Shown in pieces: positions 26,220-38,884 of a stretch of 64,000 bases of DNA (positions within the stretch are counted from its first letter, which is position 1; every line of letters starts with the position of its first letter). The notes under the pieces were generated by a model. It was not told the DNA's origin. It did no database searches and saw nothing but the letters and a program-made list of their open reading frames with translations. The stretch is from Takakia lepidozioides (taxonomy: Eukaryota > Plantae > Bryophyta). Where the stretch lies: positions 72,106,001-72,170,000 of the forward strand of contig CM060732.1 in assembly GCA_030704615.1 (NCBI GenBank), read 5' to 3'. A program made the position numbers and the translations under genes.

Positions 26220-29200
26220 TCAACGCTTCTTCCGCTTTTGAGGTCGCCCTTCGAACGCTGCAACTGCCTCGGATGCGTTTCCCATTTCTGAGGCACGCAC
26301 CCAAGATGCCTCCACAAGATGATAGCCCTTCCATTTGACGAGATACTCCGTTTCTCGGTTCTTGAACCTCCTCGACTTAAGTATTGCCTCCACCTCGTAC
26401 TCGGGTTCATTTTCATGATCCAACAGCATAGGTGGCGGACGCAACACTTGCTGCCGATTCGGACGTGCTTCATCTTTGAAGTAAGGCTTCAAAAGGGAGA
26501 CATGGAATACTGGGTGCACCTTGCTGTTTGCTGGCAGCTCCAATTCATACACATCCTCATTCATAACCCTTCGAATGCGAAAGGGACCCGCATACGGAGG
26601 TACGAACTTCGGACTCATTTCCGGAGGTAGTCGAAAATTCTTGATGTTCAACCAGACCTCTGTGCCTGCCTCAAACTTCACTTCCCTCCGCTTCCGATTC
26701 GCCTGCCTTTCATACCGTTTCCTAGCTTTGGCAATGTTGTACTTTGCGAGCTTCAACAAACGCTCGCGTTCTTCCAGTACCGCCGCTACTGCCGGTTCCT
26801 CAACGTCCTGGGCGGCCCAACTTGTCGGCACCAGAGGTGCTTTTCCATAGACCAATACAAAAGGGGAAACTCCCGTCGCGGAGTGTTCTGTGTTATTATA
26901 ACAGAACTCTGCCGCGTCTAAGTGTTCCATCCAGTCTGATTGGTCTGCCGACACGTAATTCCGCAAGAATTGCTTCACTACGGAATTCACTCTTTCCGTT
27001 TGGCCGTCCGTCGTAGGTCGGAAGGCGGTGCTCATCTTCAGCCTCGTCCCCATCTTCTTCCAAAGTGCTCTCCAGAATTTACTCGTAAACTTTGGGTCGC
27101 GGTCCGAGACAATATCCTTCGGGACTCCATGATGCTTTAAGACGTGGGCGAAGTAAAGTCGCCCTGTCTCCTGCGCAGTCGCCGTCTCCTTGGTGGGGAT
27201 GAAATGGGCCATTTTACTGAACCTATCTACCACCACCATGATTGCATCGAATCCTTTTGACAGCGGCATAGCAGTCATGAAATCCATCGAGACGCTTTCC
27301 CAAGTCCCCTCTGGAATCGGCAAGGGTTGTAACAGCCCCGCTTGCTTTTTATACTCGCTCCGGTTTTGTTGGCATGTGGTGCATGTCTTTACATACTCCT
27401 CTACCTCCTCCCTCAGTTTGGGCCAGAAATACTCTTTCTTCAAGAGTGCCGCAGTGCGCTTGGCTCCACCGTGGCCCGCAAGCGGGCTATCATGGCATTC
27501 TCTCAAGAGACTATCCCTGATCCCTCCCTTTGGCACATAGAGACGTTTTTGCTTATACCGGAGCAGTCCGTTTTGCAAGTGGAACTGCGATTTAACCCCC
27601 ATTCTCAAGTTCTGCATCACGCACTTTGCCAGCTCATCCTTCCGGCAAGCCTTCCGGATCTTCCTTTGGAGCGCCGTCTCGCCCTTGTACACCAACAAGA
27701 GCTGCTGCTTTCTACTTAAAGCATCGGCCACCACATTGTCCCGTCCCGGTTTGTACTGGATATCCACGTCGAACACTGCCAAAGTATCTTGCCACCTAAG
27801 TTGTTTTGGGGACAACTTGGGCTGCGTGGCAAAATACTTCACCGTGACATTGTCCGTGAACACCTTCACTGGGTTGGAACCAACATAGTGGCGCCAGAGT
27901 TCAAGGCAATGTACCACCGCCTTCATCTCTTTTTCGTGCGTCGGCCACCGTCGCTCCACTTCATTCAGTTTCTTACTTTCGTAAGCCACTGGACGTCCAT
28001 CTTGCATAAGTACACCCCCAATTGCGAAGTCCGATGCATCTGTATGAATCTCAAACGGACGATCGAACTCCGGGATTTTTAAGACTGGAGCTTCCGTCAT
28101 CCGCTGCTTCAATTCGGCAAAAGCTTGGCCACAAAATGTGTTCCATACCCAGACTTTGGATTTACACAGAAGGTCCGACAGCGGCCCCGCGATCTTGGCG
28201 AAATTTCTCACATACTTCCGGTAATAGGAGGCGAGTCCTAGGAAGGATCGCACTCCCGAGACCGAAGTCGGAGGCTCCCAGTCCAAGATCGCCCTCACCT
28301 TTCTGTCATCCATTTTGATCCCATCCTGTGTAATCACGTGCCCCAAGAACTCCACTTTTGTGACCCCGAATTCGCACTTTGAAGCTTTGGCATACAGCTT
28401 CCCTTCTCGCAATTTTTGGAACACCCTTTTGAGGTGCTCCAGGTGCTCCTCCTTTGTTTTCGAGTACACCAAGATGTCGTCGATGTACACGATCACAAAG
28501 TCATCCAACCACTCCTGGAAAAGGCTGTTCATCAGCGTGCTAAATGTCGCTGGTGCATTGGTGAGCCCAAAAGGCATCACCAAGAACTCATATGAACCAT
28601 ACCTTGTCCTGCACGCGGTCTTCTCCTCATCTCCTTCCGCCACCCGAATTTGGTGATAGCCGGAGCGCAAGTCGATCCGGCTAAAATACTTCGCTCCTGC
28701 CAACCGATCGAAGAGGTCGTCGATCCTTGGCAAAGGGTACCGGTTTTTGATAGTCACCTTATTCAGAGCCCTGTAATCGACACACATCCGCAGCGTCCCA
28801 TCCTTCTTGTCTGCAAATAGCACCGGGGCTCCGTAAGGTGACTTACTCGGCCGGATGTACCCCTTTGACATTAGATCTTTGAGCTGAGTCTTCAGCTCGA
28901 CCAACTCTTTGTGGCTCAACCGGTAGGGCGCCTTGGCAGGCGGTTCCGATCCCGGTATCACCTCAATTTTGTGGTCAACTCCTCTTCGCGGTGGCAAGCC
29001 GCTTGGTAAATCCTCCGGCATCACATCCTGGTATTTCTCCAAAATCCCCTTGATCCAATCTGGGCTCGGCTCCTCATCGCCTTCTCCTTTCACTTCTCTA
29101 ATGTAAAGCAAAAACTGGGACTCGTGTGTCTCCTCCACGGCCCACTCCTTTGCTGATAGAAGGTTTATTCGCCCTCCCACGGATTTGGGCGTTTCCGACA

Positions 29201-29384
29201 CTCGTAAAACCTCGCCACCATTCCCACATGGCAGCGTGACTACTCTCTTGCGGCCATCTATGACCGCTCCGGATTTGCTCAAAAAGGTCATTCCCAAAAT
29301 GAGATCCACTCCATCGATCTCGCAGATAGTGAAGTTCTCACGTCCCTCCCAACTCCCCAGTTGAAGAGGAACATCAAACGCCAA
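26220..29384 (-). CDS. pol: Chromovirus Pol: protease C-half, RT, RNase H, integrase, chromodomain
   Basis: DLILG; [11 protein letters not shown]; YIDD; TDASD..E..D; H..H..C..C; [17 protein letters not shown] (DDE); YAGPF; [18 protein letters not shown]; terminal basic PQKRKKR. Confidence 0.95.
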   Translation of the reverse strand: MAFDVPLQLGSWEGRENFTICEIDGVDLILGMTFLSKSGAVIDGRKRVVTLPCGNGGEVLRVSETPKSVGGRINLLSAKEWAVEETHESQFLLYIREVKGEGDEEPSPDWIKGILEKYQDVMPEDLPSGLPPRRGVDHKIEVIPGSEPPAKAPYRLSHKELVELKTQLKDLMSKGYIRPSKSPYGAPVLFADKKDGTLRMCVDYRALNKVTIKNRYPLPRIDDLFDRLAGAKYFSRIDLRSGYHQIRVAEGDEEKTACRTRYGSYEFLVMPFGLTNAPATFSTLMNSLFQEWLDDFVIVYIDDILVYSKTKEEHLEHLKRVFQKLREGKLYAKASKCEFGVTKVEFLGHVITQDGIKMDDRKVRAILDWEPPTSVSGVRSFLGLASYYRKYVRNFAKIAGPLSDLLCKSKVWVWNTFCGQAFAELKQRMTEAPVLKIPEFDRPFEIHTDASDFAIGGVLMQDGRPVAYESKKLNEVERRWPTHEKEMKAVVHCLELWRHYVGSNPVKVFTDNVTVKYFATQPKLSPKQLRWQDTLAVFDVDIQYKPGRDNVVADALSRKQQLLLVYKGETALQRKIRKACRKDELAKCVMQNLRMGVKSQFHLQNGLLRYKQKRLYVPKGGIRDSLLRECHDSPLAGHGGAKRTAALLKKEYFWPKLREEVEEYVKTCTTCQQNRSEYKKQAGLLQPLPIPEGTWESVSMDFMTAMPLSKGFDAIMVVVDRFSKMAHFIPTKETATAQETGRLYFAHVLKHHGVPKDIVSDRDPKFTSKFWRALWKKMGTRLKMSTAFRPTTDGQTERVNSVVKQFLRNYVSADQSDWMEHLDAAEFCYNNTEHSATGVSPFVLVYGKAPLVPTSWAAQDVEEPAVAAVLEERERLLKLAKYNIAKARKRYERQANRKRREVKFEAGTEVWLNIKNFRLPPEMSPKFVPPYAGPFRIRRVMNEDVYELELPANSKVHPVFHVSLLKPYFKDEARPNRQQVLRPPPMLLDHENEPEYEVEAILKSRRFKNRETEYLVKWKGYHLVEASWVRASEMGNASEAVAAFEGRPQKRKKR

Positions 29385-30781
29385 CCTTGTGCCAACTGAG
29401 GTTCTCCTTTGGCAGAGCGCACCTCAATAGAGGCCCCCACGTCACTTGTCGGGAGTCCCAACTTTCGCGCCGCCGCCGGCGTCATGAAGGAGTGCGACGC
29501 TCCTGTGTCCACCAACAACGACACATTAGTTCCGGATATTATCCCATCCACGAACAATAACTGACTCCCTTTTCGTAAGGCGCCAGTTTCCTGATACAAC
29601 TCACAAGAAAATTTGCCTACCTTGCAAGTCCTGGCGACCACCGCTTCCACCAAGCGACTGATGGTATCTTCCGACAGCTCTGTGGTCGCCCGAGTCATGT
29701 TCAATTGCCGGGGCTTCGTGCACTTCTTGGCCATGTGCCCGGGCTCCCCGCAATTGAAACACACTCCATCAAAGGTCGCCTTCTGTCCGCCATAAGTCGC
29801 TCCACCCGCTTTTCCTTTCGAAGCACCGGGTGCCGCCTTGACGTGTGAAGGACCTCCCTTCGATTTCCACGTGCCATTTTCGCCGCGTGGCCTATCCCAC
29901 TTCTTTTCCGGTCGGGAGGAGTCACCTTCCCGCCGGGTCTTCTTGTGGTTCAGCTCCGTACGGCCTTGTCTCTCACCCCTAGGGACATCCGAGAAACATT
30001 CAGCTCTCTCAATTGCCTCGTTCAAAGTCTTGGGTGGCTTCTCCTCCAACTTCCGCCTAGCCCATGGGGCCAGTCCCGCCACAAAGTTGAAGACCATTTC
30101 TGGTTCTGCCATGTCCGCGACTTCGAGCAACAGCACATTGAAAGCCTGGACATACCCCCGAATGTCATCTGTTTGCTTCAAATTCCTCATCTTGTCCCGG
30201 GCAAGCCAGGATGCGTTGAGGGGCACAAACTGTCTCTTCATCAATTCCTTGAACTCACTCCAGTTCAAGGTTTCCGGGCTTGGGCCTCGGTCGTGAAGGC
30301 GTTTCTGCCACCATTGTTGAGCATAGCCCCTCAAATAGGTGGGAGCCACTTCCACCCGATCCTCGTCACTCAACTTGGCCGCCCGGAAGTACTGCTCTAG
30401 CTCCAGGAGCCAGGTGTTGAGTGCCTTCCGGTTTCGAACGCCCTCGAAGGTGCCGGGTTCCTTAGGCTTCACCTTAAACTTTGCCTTGGTGGAAGTGGCA
30501 TTAGCCGCCTTCAACACGTCTTTCAACGTCCCGCCAAACTGCGCCAACAACCCTTCCCAAAAGGCTGCCGGCATGGGAGGCATCTCTTGGTTTGTCGGAG
30601 CTCTCAAAGATTCCTCGGGCTCCGACTCCTCGGATTCCTCCCGCTCCTGAGCGGCCTCGTTTTCGGAAACATTAATCGCTTCCTCAAACGGCCGCCTCGG
30701 TGACACGTCGCCCCCATCGGGCTCACCGGGATCATCATCTTTTGGGCCGTTCCGCTTTCGCTTCGGCTTGCCCGACCCCAT
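29288..30781 (-). CDS. gag: Chromovirus Gag plus protease N-half
   Basis: Retrotransposon gag core ([21 protein letters not shown]), knuckle [14 protein letters not shown], protease [11 protein letters not shown]. Likely ATG ~30781 (MGSGKPKRK). Confidence 0.9.
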   Translation of the reverse strand: MGSGKPKRKRNGPKDDDPGEPDGGDVSPRRPFEEAINVSENEAAQEREESEESEPEESLRAPTNQEMPPMPAAFWEGLLAQFGGTLKDVLKAANATSTKAKFKVKPKEPGTFEGVRNRKALNTWLLELEQYFRAAKLSDEDRVEVAPTYLRGYAQQWWQKRLHDRGPSPETLNWSEFKELMKRQFVPLNASWLARDKMRNLKQTDDIRGYVQAFNVLLLEVADMAEPEMVFNFVAGLAPWARRKLEEKPPKTLNEAIERAECFSDVPRGERQGRTELNHKKTRREGDSSRPEKKWDRPRGENGTWKSKGGPSHVKAAPGASKGKAGGATYGGQKATFDGVCFNCGEPGHMAKKCTKPRQLNMTRATTELSEDTISRLVEAVVARTCKVGKFSCELYQETGALRKGSQLLFVDGIISGTNVSLLVDTGASHSFMTPAAARKLGLPTSDVGASIEVRSAKGEPQLAQGWRLMFLFNWGVGRDVRTSLSARSMEWISFWE

Positions 30782-30822
30782 GATGAGGCCAATCCCAAGG
30801 ACGATCGCGTACTGAACTCTAA

Positions 30823-30834
30823 GCTCTGATACCA
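30823..30834 (-). promoter_or_regulatory. Primer-binding site (tRNA-iMet)
   Basis: Minus strand TGGTATCAGAGC, 2 nt inside the 5' LTR end. Confidence 0.92.
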
Positions 30835-30836
30835 AG

Positions 30837-31560
30837 TGTCGCACACCTCAGTTCGGTAAACTCCCCTTCAAGTCATAGTTACTCGCTTTGATGCGCGCGC
30901 CTGACTCCCAACCTGGCCGCCGGGCCAACTTGGAGTTTCGGCTGCTCACCGGGACATAACGGTCCCCTTCCGCTTCCCTCTAAACCCTCCACCTATTTGG
31001 GACTAGGAGAATTCCCTTTGGTAGATGGCAGTCCGGAACAGCTCCCCACTCTTTGGTCGCTTTCCGGCTCGCTCGCTTACTCACTAGTTTTTGGTCACCA
31101 ACGGGCTTGCACCGTTCTCGGGGTTACTACTCCCTATATATACTTCTGTAGCTGTCCGCGGGGGTTTCATAACCAGCCATGCCATTTTATGGCGAACCAC
31201 CACGAAAACCCTCGACTCCCGGTGGTGAGTCGTGGTGAGTCTTGGCCCACTCACCGCGGCCCCAATGGACCGTGATGAGTCCCAAGACTCCCCACGACTC
31301 CCACCTCGAGGTCTCCACCCCATGGTGAGTCCTATGCCACCCCCACTAAGTCCCACTAAGCTACCACCACCCCTTGTGGAGCCACCTCCACCGCAACCCG
31401 GTGTGCGGGGCTCCACCTAGTGAGCGCCTCCGCCTCCTTGAGTGCCTTGGGCACTCAAGGTTGCTTCAGCCCCCCATACCTATCGCTGCCGCTGCCCCCA
31501 CCACAGGGGCAGCCCCTCATGTGTCCCGACCCCCTGCCCTCAAGGCAAAGGGCCGCGACA
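30837..31560 (-). repeat. 5' LTR of chromovirus (724 bp)
   Basis: TG..CA ends; TATATATA at ~31135-31142. Confidence 0.97.
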
Positions 31561-31692
31561 TCTACGTTAGAAACCTATTATTCCTACTTGAACCAATAGC
31601 CGCAACAGGTTTTCTACCCGGTTACCTTGTAGAAAGTGGGGATTAGAGACAGGTTGACAACCGGTTGGGGGTTGTGAGTTTTCATCACGGAG

Positions 31693-33808
31693 GTGCCACC
31701 AGTTGCTGAGGGGAGTGCCGGTACGAGCACCAGTGATACTAGTGGGTACACAAGACGAGGTGTGCGGTTTAGGCCACCTTCACCTTCAGTGTCTTCTGAG
31801 GAAGATTCAGACTCGGAGTTAGGAGGATTCTCGCCGAGGGTGCAAGTCATTTCCGTACCATTGTTGTGGGACACGATGGAGGAGATGTATGGAGTTACCA
31901 AGGGGCTACGTAGGTACTCTGGAGCTGTGGGCACCAGCGAGCTTGATGACTTCATACAAGAGTTTGACAGTTGGTGTGATTTGCAGCAAATGCGCAATCC
32001 ACAACTGTTTACGCCCTTTATGGCGTGGAAGGGGCTATTCCAGCACCTTGAGGGGTCGCCCATGGATGATTACCATGAATTTAGGCGGGGACACACGGTG
32101 GAGATTGAGGAGTGACAAGAGTATTGGTCACCTAACTATGTCTCCATCACTAGAGGTACAAGGGCAGCAACGATACCAGCAGCTATACAAACATCTCCAA
32201 CTGCAAGCACTAGTAGTGGGACAAGTGGTACATGAGCTGGGAAATCCACTCAAGCTCCTGCTGCAGCACCAACACCTATGCTTGCCTTTAACCCAGTTGT
32301 GGAGTTCTTCGAGGAGTTGAGGAGAAACTATCAAGGACAGAGAAGTTGCGGAGCTTGCAAGAGCTCCAACGAAGGTCTACTGAGAGTTTGAGGGAGGCTT
32401 ACACCCGCATGAGGCGCTTGATAAACGTAACCCAAGGGGTTATAGAAGCTCAACAGTCCAGTTCTGGTATGGGATGCTGGACAAGGAGCTGAGGAGAAGG
32501 GTGCGGGATGCAACTCTCCTACAAGTGGACCAACCCACTTTAGCAAATGTGTTTTTGTTGGCAGAGCGGATATAGCTCAATATGGTGGAGGAGCGAGTGG
32601 TTATGGTGGGGTTTGGCAAGGAGACACAATGAAGTGGGGCTCCTAGCCAACAACAACCAATATCCCAACGTGTTCAAGGCAACAAAGAGGCTCAGGTGAA
32701 GCCGAGGGAAGGACAGAGAGGATCTCAGATGCAGAGGTCTCTTCCTTCATTCTCAGGCCAACAACAGTCGGGTGTGACTTATTGGGATTGTAGAGGACCC
32801 CGTGTCAAGAAGGATTTCCCGGAGAGAGACAAAGGGTTGGCACAGGCACAACCTACACAACTACAGTGTGGGCATTGTGGAAAGTATGGGCATGAGGAGG
32901 CCCATTGTTATGGCTTGCATCCTGAGCTACGGCCAGGCTAGTTCCAAGGGAACAATGGTGGCCGAGGACAAGGCAATGTAGTCCAAAGAGGTAGAGGCGG
33001 CAGAGGTCGGGGTGGTGGTCGTAACCAAAACCATGGAGCACAGGGTCAAGGTCAAGGTCAAGGTCATGACCAAGGCATGGTAGATAGATTTGCCCAGCTA
33101 GAGCAACGTCTTGCTGCCATGGCCACTACTCATGTTGCGCCAGTTCCAAGGCTTGAGGTTCAAGCCCCACCTGCACAACCGCTTATGCCTAGGGAAGATC
33201 AGATTGGTATGGGTTTCATGTGTGGAGCCGCACTTACAGGGCCATTGCATGTATTGGACTCTGCTGCTGCTGTTCCTCAAGCAGCAACGCGTGCTCCTAA
33301 GCCAAGAGGAGCGGATGTGGATTTTGATCCACAAAGGGGGGAAACAAGTCATTAGACAAGGCTTCCACAGTCTTTTACATTGGCTGAGACAGTGTCACCT
33401 ACGCCATCAATGGCACCCGCTCGCCAAAGTGTGTCAAAGGTAGAGCCACAAGTGTCATTGGGGAGAGTTGGTGTGACTCGGGAAATGCCAGTGGGTGATG
33501 CTGCAAAACAAGGTGCAGCCAGTACATTGTTGGGGGCGGCTACGGCGGTTTGCCAAGCTCCATTATTTTCTGCAATGACCATTGCAATGCCGGGGATTTG
33601 GCCAACTGCTGTGTTCAGACTAACAGCTAGACTCTATGAAAGTGGTGATGCATCGGCACTATCTGCAGAGCTAGCAGATAAGGTGCAGTCTATGGATGCT
33701 TTGGATTCGAGGGTGAAGTCAGTCACAGCTGCTCCATGGCAAGCGGCAGCTGCAAGGTCGCAGGAGTTGCCAGCTAGGCCAGCCATTGAGCGCAGCACGG
33801 TGGGGTAG
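31693..33808 (+). pseudogene. gag: Outer element gag-like region (disrupted)
   Basis: YSGAVGTSELDDFIQEFDSWC..LFQHLEG; knuckles YWDCRGPRVKKDF (degenerate) and CGHCGKYGHEEAHC; RG-rich stretch. Several stops and frameshifts. Confidence 0.75.
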
Positions 33809-33813
33809 TCCTG

Positions 33814-34240
33814 GTGGACAATCAAGAAGGAGTGTTTCAATTGGGTGGCCCAACCGGGAGGAGATATAGGCCAGTGCGGATCTTGTTGGACTCGGGAGCA
33901 CAGCCATTGATGTTGGGGAAAGCAGCAAATGCAGGTTTGGGCCTTACAGAGGCGGACTTGGAGCCTTGCCCTTTCCAAATTCAAACATCTTTAGGTGGTT
34001 CAGAGAAGGCGCGAGTGATTACACGCCATGAGCTCTTCATTCGATTGCAGCCGGATCATCCTACGGATGGCTCAGTCATGAGAGCTAAAGCCATTGTTAC
34101 AGACGCGATGTCCTATGATGTGCTTGTTGGTGGGGCTATGTTGTACCCCATGGGATTTACTTTGGACTTTTGGGAGGAAACGACATTCTACAGGCCAGAG
34201 TGGTAGTCAGGAGATGGCCGACGTGCACTGCTCCCAGTGC
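33814..34240 (+). pseudogene. Outer element aspartic protease
   Basis: VRILLDSGAQPLMLG (D-S-G catalytic) and YDVLVG. Confidence 0.85.
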
Positions 34241-34599
34241 GGTTTATTGGGAATGTAGCGGTGGATCATAGGAACATGATGCCCACATTGGCTGCATTAT
34301 CAGGGGTGGTGGCTTAGGGTGGTGAGCTCTTGGAGGGCAATAGCCATGCAGATGATAGGCCACCATCTGATGAGGACAAGCAACTGGCATACAAGGCTGA
34401 GTTGTTTCCTCATGTACCTGTGCATATTCCATTATGGGGTACAGTTGGGGATTTGCAGCGAGTGGCAAGCCAGTGTGTGCAGCAAGCATGGCAGGAGGCA
34501 TTTCCATCATTAGGTGAGGGGAGTTCAGTTACATCACCTGGACCTCCTCAATTAGCTCCATTGGACACAGTGCCTATTATCTGGCAACAACCTGACTCA

Positions 34600-35560
34600 G
34601 GTATTTGTTTGCTAGATCTGTTTGGAGGCATGAGCACCGGGCTTTCAGGAGTGTTGCAAGCAGGAATCAAAGTACGCAAGTACTTGTATATGGAGAAAGA
34701 TGAGATTACTCAGCGTGTTTCCATGCGCCATGTTGCCTTGCTCACACATCAGTATCCTGAGTTGTTGCCTCTCTTAGCAATTCCAGGGTACCAAAAGACC
34801 TTGCCAGCAGACATTACCATGCTGGGGGCGGAGGATTTGGATCAGCATGATCCCAAACTTGGTGATAGGAGGGTGGCCTTGCCAAGGACATTCACCCGCA
34901 GGTCATGGTAATGGTTTGCAAGATGCACGATCGCATCTGTTTTGGGAGATGTTGCGAGTGTTGCGTGACTTACAGGTGAGGCAAGTGCAACCTCCAGTTT
35001 ACATCCTGGAGAATGCTCCTCTCATGGGGGATTCTCGGGCCAGGGTTAAAGTCAGTGTACATCAGATCCGGTCATGGATTGGACCAGTTGTATTGTTGGA
35101 TGCAGCTATAGTGGGTTCACGGGCACATAGGCCTAGGTTGTGGTGGACCAATCTTGCATCACCAGAGTTGCTCAAGAGAGCCTATGATTCCATTCAACGG
35201 CCAACCAACCTCACGGTTGAGGGCATTTTGGACCAAGGGAGGCAACCATAGAGAGTGTGACATGATGATCGTCCACATTTGGCGGTGGTCAATCGAGTAG
35301 GGCAGCCACGTGCAGCCTTGCCTACGCTCATGAACTTTCCCCCGTCTCATGCTTTTTGAGACAATGGTCCTGGGTTGATCTGGGACAGTGTGCTACAGCA
35401 ATTGGTGGAGCCCAATGTGGATGAGCGAGAGTGGACAATGGGATTTGCCACGGGCACTACAGCTGTGCTAGCTCTGTCAGAGGCATCACGACGCCAAGTG
35501 TTGGGTCAGGCAATGGATCTCAATTGCTTGACATGGGTCATTGGCTTGTGTATGGCTGAG
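34600..35560 (+). pseudogene. DNMT3-like C5 cytosine DNA methyltransferase domain inside the retrotransposon polyprotein
   Basis: Motif I LDLFGG (~34612), II YMEKD, III ADI, IV VIGGWPCQG (~34868), VI YILENA, VIII AHRPRLWWTN, IX ERE..MGF, X RRQVLGQAM (~35501). One frameshift (~34845) and in-frame stops at 35249, 35258 and 35357. Confidence 0.92.
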
Positions 35561-36039
35561 CAACGAAGATTGCAAGCATTGGTGGCTACTTCCGCACTCC
35601 CATTGGATATTGCACCATCTCTGCCAACCGGGACGGTGGAGGCAGTGAGTGGGGGCGAGCACAAGATCATGGGGTGCAAACACCCATGGCGGATGTGGGA
35701 TGAGATGCGCAAAGAGAGAGTTATTGGATCTCTCAAGCAGCAGTATGAGGAGTGGGGAGAGCCATACACTGAGGATCAGTTGGAGGCCAAGGTGGCTAAG
35801 GTTTTTGAAGAGGTTGACGATGTTTCTTCCCCAGAGGATGTTCTTAAGGTGGCTATGGCGGAGCAAGTGGAGGCTACGCCACAGTCAGGGTGGGCGGACA
35901 AGGCCCAAGAGGTTGCTATTTAGCAACCAAAGGATGCGTCTCCTACCTCCAAGCCTGGTGTACCCAAGGTTGTAGTCATTGAGGACAACTGGGAACCAGA
36001 TGTTGGACCTACAGTCATCGGAGGAGAGAGGTGGAGGAT

Positions 36040-37410
36040 CCAACAATTTCTAAGGGCTTATAGAAATTGCTTTGCCTTCAGTTTGAAGGATTTGGGGAGT
36101 TTGAAGGGCCAGGAGATTCGTATTGATTTGGCAAGTGACACGCCAATTTTTCGAAGGCCCTACAGGTATAGTGATATGGAGAGGTCTTTGATCCAGTCAC
36201 GGACTATGGAGTTGTTCGAAGCTGGATTGGTGGGGTTGTCAGGCGGGGAGTATGCCTCGGCAACGGTGATGCCAGCTAAGAAGGATATCTATGGCAATTG
36301 GACATAAAGGAGGATGTGTGGGGACTACCGTCCTGTGAACCGTCAGACTAAGTCCGATAGATATGCCATGCCAACTCCAGAGGAGATCTTTGATGCCATT
36401 GGGCATGCAAAGGTGTTTAGCACATTGGACTTGCGATCCGGTTACCACCAGTTGCCAATCAAAGAGGCTGACAAGCAAAAGACGACATTCTGGGGGATTG
36501 ACCAACATGGGAAGGATTGCTTGTATCAATGGTGGTTCTTACCGTTTGGGTTGAAGAATGCTCAAGTAGAGTTTCAGAGGGTCATGGATAGGATTCTTGC
36601 GGGGCTAGACTTCGCCCGGTGCTACATTGATGACATCATCATCTTTAGTGCTACGATTGAGGAGCACGAGAGACACCTTCAGATGGTGTTTGAGCGGTTG
36701 AGAGTGCCTGGGTTGAAATTGCACCCTGGGAAGTGCAAGTTCTTCCACAACCAGATTGAGTATCTGGGCCACATGATATACCCTGGAGGATTGGGTGTTC
36801 AAAAGACGAAGGTGGAGGCCATTGCACGCATTCCACGTCCCATTGATGTTAGCAGAGTTCGTGCTTTTATGGGGTTATCAAACTACTATCGACGGTTTGT
36901 CAAGGGATTTAGCAGCATTGCAAAGGCTCTTACCAAGTTGACCAAGGTGGGTCAGGAGTGGCAGTGGGAGGAGGAGCAGGAGGAAGCCTTTGAGGAACTC
37001 AAGGCTCGATTGACTTCTGCGCCTATTCTGAGGCGGCCTATTTGGGGGTAGTCTTTCCAGTTACATATGGATTGGAGTATGTTGGGGATTGGAGCAGTGC
37101 TCACACATGTGGATGATGAGGGAAGAGAGTACGTCGTGGCATATGCTAGCCGCTCGAACAATGATGCTGAGACGAAGTATAGTTCATATGAAGGGGAGTG
37201 TCTGGCTGCAGTATGGGCAGTGACACATTTTAGATGCTACCTCTATGACAATCTCTTCACCCTTATCATGGATCACCAACCATTGAAGTGGAGTCAGACA
37301 AGCTTACAGGGAAGCTTGCATGGTGGGCACTTATGCTTCCAGAGTACGACTTCCAGGTGGTGCATCGAGCCGGAATAGTCAACCGGGATGCGGATGGGTT
37401 GAGTCGCAAT
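36040..37410 (+). pseudogene. pol: Outer element reverse transcriptase and RNase H
   Basis: [40 protein letters not shown]; RNase H MDWS..GAVL..YAS..EGECLA..DHQPL. Confidence 0.93.
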
Positions 37411-37758
37411 CCATGCATAAGCTTGATGATACAGGAACTCATTGGCATGGTGAGACGGACGAGGAGATGGTGCCAGGATGGCACGCATCTGCCTTTTTAT
37501 GCATTCTAGCAATGGGAGCTCAAGCTGGTCCATCCCATATACTTGGTCATAGAGATAGTGTGCATGACGATTCAGAGATCAGTGAGGAGCTTGGTGGTGC
37601 TAAGGATGTACATGAGAGATGCAGCAGTGTTGGCCTACCTTCGTACTGGAGAGACAGCAGCCAGTGTGACTGCTAAGGAGAGAGATCGAATCCTACAATG
37701 AGCCAAGAGGTTCAAGTGGGAGGGGACTCACCTACTCCGAGTATGGGAGGATGAACGA

Positions 37759-38870
37759 ATGAGGATTGTGCCTCATCCAACACAACGAGCGCGATTGGTA
37801 CGTCATGCCCATGAGCATTTTGGGGTGCGGCGCACTCATAGTTTGCTGCAAGGACAGTATTGGTGGCGGGGCATGCACACGAATGTGCAACAGTTAGTGA
37901 CAAGGTGCATGGTGTGTGATAGAGTGCGGGCTTCTTTCAATGTACCTACTCCACAATTGCATCCTTTATCCATTGTGGGTTTGGGCTATCGTTGGAGTCT
38001 TGACTTCGCAGGCCCATTGCCACTGACGATTCGCCATAACAAGTATGTGCTGGTGATGGTGGAACATTTCTCCAAATGGATTGAACTGGTGGCATTGCCT
38101 GACAAGGCAAGTGAGGGGGCTGCGTATGCATTCTTGGATCGAGTGCTTAGCCAATTTGGTGCTCCAGTCGAGTTACTCACGGACCAGGGGAGAGAGTTCT
38201 TGGGGGAGTTTCAGGCTTTGTGTGAGCAAGCCTTGATAGATCACCACACTACTTCTCGGGATCATCCCGAGGCTGATGGCTTGGCCGAGAGGGTTGTGCA
38301 AACAGTCAAACGAGGCTTACGCAAGTATGGCTTGCAGAAGGGACACTTGGGAGATTGGGACCTTCAGCTACCTTGGTTGGCCATGGGCTACAAGTTTAGC
38401 AAGCAAACATCACTTGCCTCATTCTCGCCTTATTTCCTTCTCTTTGGCCGAGAACCAGATTTGCCTGCATCTATTCGCAGGAAGACTGCAGTAGTCCTCA
38501 ACCTTGATAATCCGGATGTGTGGATATCAGCATGTGCCCAGCGGGCAGAGTTGTTCAAGAGAGTCATGCCTATGGCTTTTGAGAACCTTGCTATTGCCCA
38601 ACACCGAGGTACGCCACTATACGTGGAAGGGGATATCGGCCAGATGTTCGGCGTTTCCATCCTGGGGACTATGTGTATATGTAGCAGACAACATCTACGA
38701 CCTTGGATGTCACAGCATGTCATGTGATTCTAAGGGTCCGGGAGGTGTTGCCTTCAGGAGTGTTGATTCTGGAGGGTCGAGATGGCATGATATGGAAGGA
38801 CCATGTGCGCAATTGTGCGCCATGTCACCTTCCACATGTGGATGGGAGGATAGATCCCAACCTTGCAGTG
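37759..38870 (+). pseudogene. Outer element DDE integrase
   Basis: HHCC (HAHEH..CMVC), WSLDFAGP, LLTDQGREF, PEADGLAERVVQTVK. Confidence 0.93.
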
Positions 38871-38884
38871 GTACGTGTAGGGTT

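Larger units (their letters stand above)
24591..31560 (-). mobile_element. Young full-length Ty3/gypsy chromovirus (6970 bp) nested in the outer element
   Basis: LTRs 24591-25313 and 30837-31560 (TG..CA; 1 substitution and 1 indel seen). TSD TCTAC at 24586-24590 and 31561-31565. tRNA-iMet PBS, PPT, gag and pol with chromodomain. Confidence 0.97.

Noticed and set aside
24751-31646. Duplicated short ORFs (24751/30997, 24838/31084, 24986/31232)
   Set aside because: Incidental ORFs within the two near-identical LTRs.
33795-33815. Programmed gag/protease frameshift in the outer element
   Set aside because: The shift falls in a G-run of a copy with many other indels; it cannot be told from decay without sibling copies.
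34600-35560. Host DNMT3/DRM gene, or bacterial restriction-modification contamination
   Set aside because: Intronless, collinear with protease and RT inside TSD-bounded repeats; no UBA/PWWP domains or cognate endonuclease; motif order is not DRM-permuted.
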